The notes under the pieces: generated by a model | Database searches by the model: none | Seen by the model: the letters and a program-made list of their open reading frames with translations, nothing else | What the model was told of the DNA's origin: nothing | Shown here: in pieces, positions 11,701 through 18,461 of the stretch | How positions within the stretch are numbered: position 1 is the first letter of the stretch | How the letters are laid out: each line of letters starts with the position of its first letter | DNA from: an uncultured bacterium | Lineage (GTDB): Bacteria; Patescibacteriota; Patescibacteriia; Magasanikbacterales; GWA2-37-8 | DNA length: 64,000 bases | NCBI GenBank assembly: GCA_937903605.1 | Contig: CALCZC010000007.1 | Span: forward strand, 189,805-253,804 | Direction of reading: 5' to 3' | Program-made: the position numbers and the translations under genes

Positions 11701-11852
11701 CCTTGGTAATTTATCAGGTTTGGAATAGCTAAAACTTCTTTACCTATAAAAGAAAAAACCGTCACTAACGCAACAAAAAACATGGCTTTCTGTATATTCA
11801 TCTTTAGAAAGTTAACAAGGAGTTTGGATTTTATTCCCCTCCGAATATTCAT
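2757..11852 (-). CDS. Giant (3031 aa) secreted cell-surface protein with beta-helix domains, recurring GIGT(S/T)TP motif and Pro/Glu/Thr-rich C-terminus
   Basis: Uninterrupted 9.1-kb ORF with an N-terminal signal peptide. Two beta-helix cap-like motifs (AVSGKDSFDGNSTARAKKTIQNAIDTA; AKSGGDFDNLEDAVAFANG). At least 8 copies of VGIGTSTP-like motifs. Tail (ETP/VEP)n. Confidence 0.8.
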   Translation of the reverse strand: MNIRRGIKSKLLVNFLKMNIQKAMFFVALVTVFSFIGKEVLAIPNLINYQGRLRDNGGTPITTSTTIQFSIYNNANTGVPTDTPSSAGPLLWTEVYDGSSGNCPKVQPDAQGYFTVNLGACGAFPSYLDFSTGTYYLAVKIESDNEASPRVILATHPYAFNSDRVDGFHASSTAVANTLLALDNNLNLNILSGGFTGANLTMNSSTATSSISGNLAITGNTLMATTTIANLILTGASSFGTISAGTWQGDIIATNYGGTGQDTSGWTGFVKINNGVWSTSTVNLTSDIAGILPIANGGTNAGSFASNEFIWFNGTSLVGSGFTSTSFMVSGTDNWVNVAGDTMTGALIINNNLNVIGSSTLSTTTITQLMVGENFPAEIPSGSVFASYKKYTNLSNSGDGFTLGNVMGIELDPIEDASTTINTLLSVTTNEGNNNNFEVIAGLLNQVIHQGSGSVNMILGQISSAELDNSTGSVGVAFGLRGQTATNGSGDVNFSGNIGLALGLSGYIENGIGNGIISNASAIQSDFGIEGGNIGTAFGMRINNPTSGTGTGTIGSLYGLYIEEQNFAQNSNFNIYSDGTASVNYFGGSVGIGTTSPLSALDVYGNLSITGADRYLNFGNNTGTVGYGIRDNAGVMQWKNASGGWNNFSTKVDHIINVAKSGGDFDNLEDAVAFANGVDYDTIINIYPGVYDVSSTLVVTSTHIKSIRGMSTEAVMIRPTTDLVSSPGPIFEINFSEENDFSIRLLTIDGSQTVGFRNTSGCDAIRVSNTGSVWMDFSELVIIDTETGINMQVANLLNIFKSDFYNIGNIGVNLDNGAAAQVENVYMENVENRFVHLKSTTGSSSFYMVGSEFGSNSDLGTGLFIEGNGSYAEIRYSNMWGLDYNIITNDDSATKVTASYLQKAATLNIDQKDSSSINISSSDGAFSSADISINNPANVYFYALAEEEGVVLFGRHSNINQDVIKIDTGMAILPKLSYQADYYRNNGLIFVNDNPGERTMLGVQATSSEAKLSAISGDRSAIAGLYLYSDTDGFGSTSSMRGWMMSKYGTNSNLLFNFYNNDTGDGKSLIDNKLMTLDGFNSLMYFQGGAIFNSSSGNYDFQVKTPDNDYALFVQGSSDNVGIGTSTPNSQLTVDGDIDITGSYLMNSVPLTAVDPGVTEGQFAYWDGDSWAPTSNIFVSSSGFIGIGTTTPKNALTLIGGLSICSTSPAVTSYTLYNLGGQLYWNGSPVVGGNTSTYIQDADGDTKVETEASPNENKIHFQTAGTERVIIDENGLVAINTTTVNGKAFYLYGDTNDELNLAIHNNNSGPSSTAEFSLYNDLGKLGGLTALSSGWNDGLPGISGSLALYSVSDLLLSTLASGGDIIFDVDPTDEQRSMVIVGTGGGNAGYVGIGTSTPLAPLSISGNVFIEGENRYINFGTTTGAAGYGFRDNNGIMELRNINNNHNVWSEIVINDALIEGNIIYVNAVSGKDSFDGNSTARAKKTIQNAIDTAAVLSSSTNPYTVSVSAGTFTEDLQMKDFVVVRGMGCNTFIKGKVTFDMTYGSVLSMVDLENTDDYAVEIKSAGKSVLKNVTVGAKYTDGSKDIQAVVYQENGTLESFTANKYNFTQTTNTVGTKINTIFYLTSSTITNAYIYNPEIFVNTYDSDDDLSVLYTDNQSLRSIATIKDPVITFPIYATAPANNVKIFYHDNARFNTYVDSAFATILTVAPGSVKLIPAYVNSSTVLSGVQITNSSFAWAGPGVSENNVYLSSANTANDHIVLTSNQFKTDTDIFPVRYTADGVSGTVEYFISNGHGDLQNKSFATFEGSFGIGTSTPYDLLEVWGSDLSSSPTSSRNYITIVANGNGEAGHYIRRVNSGSYDNGWSWYMPTSSLDFRLWDDSVGAEGDDILTIQAGTGFVGIGQALYDPLNKLHVDGGIYIGDTATATTTNSIYNIGGDLYWNGNLLASAGGATANWLLASHNGGNVLTTSTTLPVWFKDIIYASSSVYIDGTLNVLGNSILATTTISDLTVNNINVLGTVSTTDILVADSITLGGVTRNTWPSGGGGSSIWVTTTANVVYPDLTGDYAVVVGNSATSSNVKFEVVGHSKLGGNLSVTGTSTLSGPVLFGDNIQFTTAGNNNFYFNNGINNYLRWNNSATQFELSNGLMVSGLVSSTALQVNGDVTTTGKMVIGGPVGIGTTTPQAPLHVVTDNAGPAMTILQKTIAGATNLNFVTQNNKYWQLSKRDDNQDDKFIFYFVDDAGLFNNVLTLNSTGTIGINQQDPGAMLSITGTTTYPLLSIMTSSSEPALIVNQYGHVGIGTSDIGYYKLRIYEPDNGLTAEVKSGSSTKTALFNLKAGSDVEFLQLGYYGIDTPGFAGVLPGSAVWDSVAPGGSYFINESTSTDAALIFMTDGWQAENERMRITNGGYIGIGTSTPISKLSLNEGDFRITSGTDGWIIGPNAFPNRAGSTDLIGLNVTNSSTWKAGLFSEVGGTLLSYGINATQLGDRNTSSIGAIFRLDTRADTPYWSIKRQPVGSSTEYSDMQIARTGEIGFGGFANDTNVFSGQVHILTATTTNVGLAVQGMVGQTAALQHWLNSDGVVVGEAKYLSQNFGMSLETGAFIARNSYFGEEFMRGRGNVTADTLYAWGDFQQFTVDENTACTWSSVANGVNGIGRQQATNGANSCLAYHGITTAGTANLVFNTANLPVITFKASPSAVTANIRFRIGLSNLSRAQTADPLNGVYFTNNTTNGEWQGVSRRAGASTVVDCAGQAINTAVFGVAKIEVVSSNGDGTGEINFYIDNDATDGVDWFYCGQATTNIPTVGLTSMIMNNTVAGGGAQYIDIDYYRVWQDDSKETPMLTTEEIVEEIPEEMETNLLGQAQIMAGDISVKVDFEGEYAVPPMMGITPLNFDGRWKLQNVTTRGFEITLTEQATDSVIFNWQAYIVEDDTKIYSSNGTVESLKDFYNKINEEIILPPIESSGESTPSAPIEAPAETPIEPVTETPPAETPVEPVEETPPVEEPVPDTSPTEEPAAPAETPADVPVE

Positions 11853-12000
11853 AATGTTTTTACTATATTATTATACCATATATACAATTTTCAAAAAACC
11901 TCTCAGCTAGCCAAAATAAATAAACTGTGGATAACTTGTGTATAAACAAAAAACTCGCTTTTTTCGCGAGTTTTAATTCAAAAATATAAATTCAAAAATC

Positions 12001-12717
12001 CTAAATATTAGCGAGCGCTGTTATAGTAATTACCCCGTTATAACTACCTGATTTTTGATCTATTGGCGCGCTGGCACGATAATCAACCACAGTCACGGTA
12101 GTGCCCCAATTACATGTCGGACAATTCATAAATTGCGAATTTACAGTTGGAAATCCGCCATATTTAGCATTTAGAAGAGTGTCATCACTACCCCACCAAG
12201 CATTGTTATAATTGGAAGTCGTGCCTGATTGTTTTACACGAAAAGACAGATTGTTTCCCGGTGTATTTGTGGCATTGCCGGAACCGCTCGGATTCCAAGA
12301 AACATAATCCGGGAAATCAACCGATGAATCAACGGTCAAATCTACAGTTGAACTTACATCCTCTCTTTTGACTGACAAATTATATCCACTTAATGAACCG
12401 GGTATAGTAACATAAACCGCAGAACTGGCAAAAGTTGGTATATTTGGCAATATTTCTCCAAAATTTACAGTCGGCTCAACAGTAATTACCATCATAGGAA
12501 ATTCCATTACCAATCCGTGATCATAAATATAGTTTGTACTGGTGGCTCTACCTACCGCCGGATCACCAGCTCCACCTTTTAATTGAAAACCACTGGAAGT
12601 AGCGTCGTGATAGATAGTGCCGTAAGTTTGTCTATCAATTTGATTCTGCGCCAAAACTACCTGAGAAGTTATCAGGCACGATATCAAAATAACGGCTAAT
12701 TTTAGAGAAAAAGACAT
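12001..12717 (-). CDS. Secreted protein, WxL-like C-terminus (paralog A)
   Basis: Signal peptide; C-terminal SYNGVITITALANI; paralogous to 12964..13650. Confidence 0.7.
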   Translation of the reverse strand: MSFSLKLAVILISCLITSQVVLAQNQIDRQTYGTIYHDATSSGFQLKGGAGDPAVGRATSTNYIYDHGLVMEFPMMVITVEPTVNFGEILPNIPTFASSAVYVTIPGSLSGYNLSVKREDVSSTVDLTVDSSVDFPDYVSWNPSGSGNATNTPGNNLSFRVKQSGTTSNYNNAWWGSDDTLLNAKYGGFPTVNSQFMNCPTCNWGTTVTVVDYRASAPIDQKSGSYNGVITITALANI

Positions 12718-12721
12718 AAAA

Positions 12722-12860
12722 AAACAAACTCAAATCTCAAAGTTCAAATCTCAAAACTTTTGTATTGATTGGCAATATTCAAATTATCCGTCCCGCCAAG
12801 CGGGACTCCAAACTTTTGACTTTTGAGTTTTGAATTTTGATATTTTATATTATACCTCAT
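12722..12860. promoter_or_regulatory. Divergent promoter region with long imperfect palindrome around a GC hairpin
   Basis: Arms ctcaaatctcaaagttcaaatctcaaaacttt / aaacttttgacttttgagttttgaattttga flank gtcccgccaagcgggac. Confidence 0.4.
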
Positions 12861-12963
12861 TTTACCGTTATTCGTAAAACTAATTACTTATCCACATATT
12901 TTTCGTTTTTATATTTTTTCCCTATTATCAAAAAAATCAAAAAATAGTATAATACCTTGTGGA

Positions 12964-13650
12964 ATGATTTTAACATTAAATCATTTCAATAAATTAATAA
13001 ATTTATTTATTAACCTAATTTATTTTATGAGGAGGAAACTTCTTTCTTTCATCGTCCTTATGGCGATGTTTACCGCTTATAGCGGATATTTAAATCTCGG
13101 CGTGGCCAAAGCCGCCGAAGACAGTGAACAACAAACTATAGTTTTGTATGTCACTTCAACCATCACTTTAACATTGGCGACTTCCACGATAAATCTCGGC
13201 ACTTTAACTCCGGGAACTCCTGTCAACGGCAATACTTCTTTGACAGTCACTACCAACGATCATAATGGTTTCAACTTACAAGTAAAAAGAGACGACGCTG
13301 ATTCCACTTTGGATTTGGATGCTGATGGCACTGTCAATTTTCCAGATGCTACAGCTTGGAATTACTCTGCGCCAAATGCCACAACTTCTCCTGAAGTAGG
13401 AGCCAATCTTTCTTTCCGTTTGATGGTGGCCGGTACTGACGCCGCTTTGCAAAATACAGGTTTTTGGGGAACTGACGGAGCCAAACTTTGGGCCGGTTTT
13501 CCAACTACCAATCAACGCGTAACAGGTATCAGCAGTTGGGTTGGAGCAGCTCAAAATGTCGCTTACGAATTTAGAGCCGATGCTCCGGCTACTCAGGAAT
13601 CCGGTCAATACACAGGTACTATTACCTTTACCGCGATTACCAATCCATAA
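12964..13650 (+). CDS. Secreted protein, WxL-like C-terminus (paralog B); true start probably MRRKLL near 13030
   Basis: Signal peptide; C-terminal YTGTITFTAITNP resembles the WxL distal motif YxxxITWxLxxxP. Confidence 0.7.
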   Translation: MILTLNHFNKLINLFINLIYFMRRKLLSFIVLMAMFTAYSGYLNLGVAKAAEDSEQQTIVLYVTSTITLTLATSTINLGTLTPGTPVNGNTSLTVTTNDHNGFNLQVKRDDADSTLDLDADGTVNFPDATAWNYSAPNATTSPEVGANLSFRLMVAGTDAALQNTGFWGTDGAKLWAGFPTTNQRVTGISSWVGAAQNVAYEFRADAPATQESGQYTGTITFTAITNP

Positions 13651-13673
13651 ATTAACAATTTAATTTCATTTTT

Positions 13674-14627
13674 ATGAAAAGCATGTTGAACTGGAGGGTT
13701 CTTACGGTTTTTTTCTTAGTTGTTTTTTGTACGCTTTTCAAAATAGAAGCTGCGTCCGCGCAGCTTTCTATTTCTATCTATCCTCTTTCCTTTAAAGCAC
13801 AGGTAAATCCTGGAGATACCTGGAGCGGCAGCGTCACGGTTATAAACCCCAATGATTATCCTATTTCCGTTCGTCCTGAAAGAGAAAATCTTGTTGGAGG
13901 CGCGGAAGGTGAAGTTAGTTTAATAGGAGAAACTGATCAGAACTACGGTCTAGCTTCTTGGATTAAATACAACTCTGAAAAAGACTTCGTTTTAGCGGCC
14001 GGAGAAAGAAGAAAAATAGATTTTGTGATGAATGTGCCAAAAAACGCCCAACCTGGCGGACATTACGGTGCGGTTCTTTTTCGCGGCACGGAAATAAATA
14101 AAAAGCCATCCGGAGAAAGCGGACTTGGTGTAGCCGGGCGCGTAGGATCGGTAATGCTCTTTGAAGTCAGTGGAGACGTGCAAAAAACCGGAGAAATTTT
14201 TTCCGTTGAAACAAAGAAATTTATCGCTCACGGACCTCTTGATCTGACTTTTAAAGTCAAGAATACTGGTAATACTTTTTTCTTACCTGAAGGAAAAGTT
14301 GAATTCAAACATTTTTGGAAAAAACTTGAAACTACTTGGGAACCGCGCGTGGTATTTCCGGGATATGAAAGAACATTCAAAACAACTCTTGATAAAAAAT
14401 ATCTTTTTGGTCCTGTCAAAGCCACTATTTTGGCCAAAATGAGCGACGGAGCGGATTTAACCCCGATTTCCGTGACTGTTTGGGCATGGCCTTGGAAAGA
14501 AACATTGATCTTACTCGGTATTATCGCCGTGCTTTGGTTATTGAAAATTTGGTTGCTAAAAAACTTCAAAATTGTTAAAATAGAAAAAACGGAAAATACA
14601 GACGAAAATAAAAAAGGAGATGCCTAA
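13674..14627 (+). CDS. Secreted beta-rich protein with C-terminal TM anchor (DufA/DUF916-DUF3324-like topology)
   Basis: Signal peptide, roughly 270-aa ectodomain, C-terminal helix LILLGIIAVLWLLKIWLL, short charged tail. Confidence 0.6.
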   Translation: MKSMLNWRVLTVFFLVVFCTLFKIEAASAQLSISIYPLSFKAQVNPGDTWSGSVTVINPNDYPISVRPERENLVGGAEGEVSLIGETDQNYGLASWIKYNSEKDFVLAAGERRKIDFVMNVPKNAQPGGHYGAVLFRGTEINKKPSGESGLGVAGRVGSVMLFEVSGDVQKTGEIFSVETKKFIAHGPLDLTFKVKNTGNTFFLPEGKVEFKHFWKKLETTWEPRVVFPGYERTFKTTLDKKYLFGPVKATILAKMSDGADLTPISVTVWAWPWKETLILLGIIAVLWLLKIWLLKNFKIVKIEKTENTDENKKGDA

Positions 14628-15723
14628 ACGATTGTTAAAATCAATCTTTGCGACACAAGCCTCGAAATATTTCCTTTTGGGGCTTGTGTTTTTATTGTCC
14701 GCTCTGCCGGCTTTGGTTTTTGGCGCCGTAGTCACACAAAATGTAACCGTTTCCATCGATAATAGCTCTTATCACTGTTCCAACAAAACTCAAGATTATG
14801 ATGAAACCGGTGTGGATTGTGGCGGAACGCTTTGCGGAACTTGCGGAACACATTGTACAAACGGAATTAAAGATTTTGACGAAACAGGCGTTGATTGCGG
14901 AGGGTCTTTGTGTCCTTCTTGCGGCGGGGGTGGAGGCGGTGGCGGGGGTGGAGGGGGTTCTCTGCCGGTTTTAGTTTCTTCAGTAAACTTTTCCGGTTTT
15001 GCTTATCCGAATGCCAAAATATTTTTTCTTCGCGACGGAATTTTGGTTAATACCTTTTTTGCTTCTTCAACCGGAACTTTTCAATATTTGTTAAATTCCA
15101 TTACTGCCGGTAATTATCGTTACACCTTTTACGCTTCCGACTCAAGAGGAGGATATTCTTCTTCTTTGGTTTTTCCTTTAACCGTGGTTGCCGGAAATTC
15201 TTATCAAGTAAGCAACATTTTGATTCCTCCGACCTTATATTTCAATTCTCAAGAAATAAAGCGCGGTGACAGTTTAGAATTTTATGGTCAAAGCGCACCA
15301 AACTCAATTCTTCTGCTGGAATTAAAAAATTCTGTTTCCGGAAATACTTCCGCTTTTCAAACCATCGCCGATTCTTCGGGAAATTATTCTTATCTTTTAG
15401 AAACCTTGGGGTTGCCGGAAGGAAATTATGAAATCAAAATCAAAATGAAAATCGGTCTTATTGAAAGCGCTTTTAGCAATTCTTTTCCTTTTACGATCGG
15501 CGTCAAAACAGTGGAAAAACCCGTTCCTACGAGTAAATGTCCGGCCAAAGGCGATCTTAACGGCGATTGTAGAGTAAATTTGGTTGATTTTTCCATTGCC
15601 GCTTATTGGTACAAACGCACGGTCGCCACAAGTTTTATCAATACGGAAAATTCACAACTCAACGGCGATGATATTATCAACTTGATAGATTTTAGTATTT
15701 TGGCTTATTATTGGACCGGGTAG
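14620..15723 (+). CDS. Secreted Cys-rich repeat protein with poly-Gly linker and C-terminal dockerin-like repeats
   Basis: Two YDETGVDCGG.LC..CG repeats; a Gly12 run; GDLNGDCRVNLVDFSIAAY and QLNGDDIINLIDFSILAYYW match the dockerin Ca-binding repeat consensus. Confidence 0.7.
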   Translation: MPKRLLKSIFATQASKYFLLGLVFLLSALPALVFGAVVTQNVTVSIDNSSYHCSNKTQDYDETGVDCGGTLCGTCGTHCTNGIKDFDETGVDCGGSLCPSCGGGGGGGGGGGGSLPVLVSSVNFSGFAYPNAKIFFLRDGILVNTFFASSTGTFQYLLNSITAGNYRYTFYASDSRGGYSSSLVFPLTVVAGNSYQVSNILIPPTLYFNSQEIKRGDSLEFYGQSAPNSILLLELKNSVSGNTSAFQTIADSSGNYSYLLETLGLPEGNYEIKIKMKIGLIESAFSNSFPFTIGVKTVEKPVPTSKCPAKGDLNGDCRVNLVDFSIAAYWYKRTVATSFINTENSQLNGDDIINLIDFSILAYYWTG

Positions 15724-15727
15724 TGAA

Positions 15728-15778
15728 AGTTCGGCTAGGCGCCCTTAGCGCCCTATTGCCGAAGGCAAGCCGAACTTC
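15728..15778. repeat. GC-rich three-stem structured element
   Basis: agttcggc ... gccgaact encloses ggcgcccttagcgcc and ttgccgaaggcaa. Confidence 0.45.
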
Positions 15779-15810
15779 TACTACCCGGTGGACCGGGATA
15801 ATGTAAAGAT

Positions 15811-16098
15811 ATGTTTTTTTACGTTTATATTATACAAAGTTTAAAAAATAAAAGCCTTTATGTTGGCTATACCCAAGATTTAATAAAAAGATTAGACCAA
15901 CACAATGATGGCAATAGTACGTATACAAAAAAATATATACCTTGGCAATTAATTCACTACGAAGCTTACCGCAATGAAATAGATGCAAAACGCAGAGAAA
16001 AATATCTCAAAACAAATCAGGGGAGCCGTTTATTGAAGCGTATGTTAAAAGAATACTTTTATAATCAAAATTCCAATGATTCAGATTCAAAAACTTAA
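15811..16098 (+). CDS. GIY-YIG nuclease family protein (second copy)
   Basis: FYVYIIQS...SLYVGYTQDLIKRLDQHN...KKY...EKYLK. Confidence 0.75.
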   Translation: MFFYVYIIQSLKNKSLYVGYTQDLIKRLDQHNDGNSTYTKKYIPWQLIHYEAYRNEIDAKRREKYLKTNQGSRLLKRMLKEYFYNQNSNDSDSKT

Positions 16099-17014
16099 AA
16101 ATCACCTCTTGATACCAATGGTTATTTTGGGAGCTTTCTTTGTAATTACACCTACTTTGGCTGCGGAATTTTTTGCCACAGCTTCCAATCATAATCCTGA
16201 AATCGGTGAATACATACAAGTGGACTTATTTTTGGATACTGCCAAAGAAGAAATAAACGCTTTGGAAGCCGCTGTTATTTTTCCTGAAAATTTGTTGGAT
16301 CTGGTGGATTTTTCTTATGGAAATTCGGTTATCAATTATTGGGTGGAAAAACCTCACCAAACTGACGAACATAATAAAATATTTTTTTCAGGTATTACTC
16401 CCGGCGGATTCAACGAAAACTCAGCTTATTTGTTATCTTTGATTTTTAAAACCAAAAATACCGGCCGCGGTGAAATACTTTTTTCTCAAAATAAAACTTT
16501 GAAAAACAACGGCTTTGGCACGGAAACGAAGAGTTCGGGAAAAAAACTTTCTTTCAATGTTCAAACCGGTCTCAAAGGTGATGATACGGAAAATATTTAT
16601 AAAAATTTAGACAAAATACCTCCGGAAAACTTTGATCTTTTTGTTTATGAAGATAATAATATCGCTTCCGACAAGAAAGCTTTGATTTTTGACACGATAG
16701 ACAAAGATTCCGGGGTATCCCGTTATGAAGTATTAGAAGAAAAAACCGGACACTTGTTAGGTTGGGAATTTAAAATAGGACGCTGGACTCCGGCAACCAG
16801 CCCTTATGTTTTGCAAGATCAACAAATGCGTAGCAATATCTATGTCAAAGCCATAGACAGAGCCGGAAATGAACGAATTGTCTCATTAATGACCGTTCAG
16901 ACTCCGCGATGGTATACGAATTTGAATTTTTGGATTATAATAATAACTGTAATCATACTTCTCATTTTATCCAGGAGGGCTTATGAGAGATTTTCGCGGA
17001 AAAATAAAAATTAA
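16076..17014 (+). CDS. Cohesin-like domain surface protein with C-terminal TM anchor
   Basis: Signal peptide; IGEYIQVDLFLDTAKEEINALEAAVIFPENLLDLVDFSYG pattern typical of a cohesin beta-sandwich; C-terminal TM WIIIITVIILLIL. Confidence 0.55.
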   Translation: MIQIQKLKNHLLIPMVILGAFFVITPTLAAEFFATASNHNPEIGEYIQVDLFLDTAKEEINALEAAVIFPENLLDLVDFSYGNSVINYWVEKPHQTDEHNKIFFSGITPGGFNENSAYLLSLIFKTKNTGRGEILFSQNKTLKNNGFGTETKSSGKKLSFNVQTGLKGDDTENIYKNLDKIPPENFDLFVYEDNNIASDKKALIFDTIDKDSGVSRYEVLEEKTGHLLGWEFKIGRWTPATSPYVLQDQQMRSNIYVKAIDRAGNERIVSLMTVQTPRWYTNLNFWIIIITVIILLILSRRAYERFSRKNKN

Positions 17015-17798
17015 ACTGGCGATTTTTGTCGCTTCTATTTTTGCTTCTTTTGCTTTTGTTTCGATTTCCGAAGCGGCTTCTTTGTATTTTTCACCGAGTT
17101 CAGCGACTTATCGTCTCGGTGAAACTTTCCAAATTTCTCTGTATGTAAATAGTGCCGATCAAGCTATGAATGCCGCTCAAGCAACGGTCAATTTTCCAAT
17201 CGACAAACTTTCTGTTATTTCCGTTTCCACTAGAAATTCTATTTTTTCCTTAATGGTGGAAAGTCCTACTTTTTCCAATGTAAATGGTAGTGCCGGTTTC
17301 TCCGGAATAGTTTTGAATCCCGGATATACCGGAAAAAGTGGCCGATTGGTAACAATAAATTTCTCAGCCAAGACTTTAGGAAAAGCAACGATTACCGTTG
17401 GTGGGGCTCAAGTTTTGGCCAATGACGGAGTTGGTACAAATATTTTAACCGGTCGTGGCAGTGCTACGGTAAATATTATTGAGAGACCCAAAGTTGAACC
17501 TAAACCAGAAGTTAAGCCGGAAACAAAACCTACCACTACTCCGGAAGTTGTTACTCCAACCACCACACCAACTACGACAATTATTTATGTAACAACCACA
17601 CAATATATTATAACCTCTACCGCTTGCTCGGTTGAAAAACTACCGGTAATTTATTTGAAAATCGGTGGACTATCTACTGGTCCCAGTTTCTTACTCTTAC
17701 TGTTACTCATACTTTCCGCGTTGATAACAATTTATAGTTTTTATAAAGGCTTCACCTATCCGGAAAAAAAGAAAAGAATTTTTGGAAAGAGAAAATAA
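16983..17798 (+). CDS. Cohesin-like domain surface protein with Thr/Pro linker and C-terminal anchor
   Basis: LGETFQISLYVNSADQAMNAAQATVNFPIDKLSVISVS...GRLVTINFSAKTLGKATI; (TTP) linker; C-terminal LSTGPSFLLLLLLILSALI plus a basic tail. Confidence 0.6.
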   Translation: MRDFRGKIKIKLAIFVASIFASFAFVSISEAASLYFSPSSATYRLGETFQISLYVNSADQAMNAAQATVNFPIDKLSVISVSTRNSIFSLMVESPTFSNVNGSAGFSGIVLNPGYTGKSGRLVTINFSAKTLGKATITVGGAQVLANDGVGTNILTGRGSATVNIIERPKVEPKPEVKPETKPTTTPEVVTPTTTPTTTIIYVTTTQYIITSTACSVEKLPVIYLKIGGLSTGPSFLLLLLLILSALITIYSFYKGFTYPEKKKRIFGKRK

Positions 17799-17882
17799 AA
17801 AATACCGACCCGCTCAATTCAAAAGAGCGGGTTTTTTATACTTGATTTTTTTATCTAAATCTGCTACACTTTTGGCAATATT

Positions 17883-17954
17883 GCCCCTATAGTTTAATGG
17901 ATAAAATATCAGGCTTCGAACCTGAGGATGGGAGTTCGATTCTCTCTGGGGGCA
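17883..17954 (+). tRNA. tRNA-Arg (anticodon TCG)
   Basis: Hand-folded: acceptor GCCCCTA/TGGGGGC, anticodon stem TCAGG/CCTGA with loop CTTCGAA, T-arm GGGAG-TTCGATT-CTCTC. Confidence 0.7.
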
Positions 17955-17990
17955 CAAAAAATATTCGATTTAATATCAAATATTTTTTTA

Positions 17991-18117
17991 AGAGAGAATC
18001 GAATTAGGGAAGGGAGAAACCGGGAGGTTTCTCTTTGCGGAGGAAAGGTATTGGAAAACCCGAAGGTTTTTCAAAGAGGAGCGAAGCGACGATGTGAGTC
18101 TTCTCTCTGGGGGCACA
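17991..18117. other. tRNA-linked structured module E2
   Basis: Begins with agagagaatcgaa, the exact reverse complement of the tRNA-Arg T-loop and 3' T-stem. Ends with tctctctgggggcaca. Shares GAGGAG, the ccgaagg hairpin and the cgacga(c/t)g core with E1. Confidence 0.5.
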
Positions 18118-18461
18118 ACACTCAACGTCCCACAAAAAATCCATAATCAAAGAAAATAAAATTCTAAATATCCAACTTTATGTCGGATATTTTTTAATTT
18201 ATTTTTTATAAATTTTTAATTTACATTTTTTACTTTTGAATTTTGAGTTTTGACTTTTGAGTTCGACTCGTCTGTGACGAGTCGCCCTGTGTATAACTTC
18301 ACAAAATCTATTTCATTATTTTGCAAAAGCATTTATAATAAAGATAGGTCGAATTTTTTATGACATGCTTGTCTATAAAAAATTTATAAATTTTTTCTTG
18401 CGATCGCAAGATGAAAAAAATTATTTCATTTATCTCAAAAAAGAAAGGGGGTGCGCAAACT

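Noticed and set aside
3345-11732. Numerous 60-130 aa ORFs antisense to or nested in the giant gene
   Set aside because: They overlap a continuous 9.1-kb ORF that has a signal peptide and consistent domain motifs. They are typical shadow ORFs.
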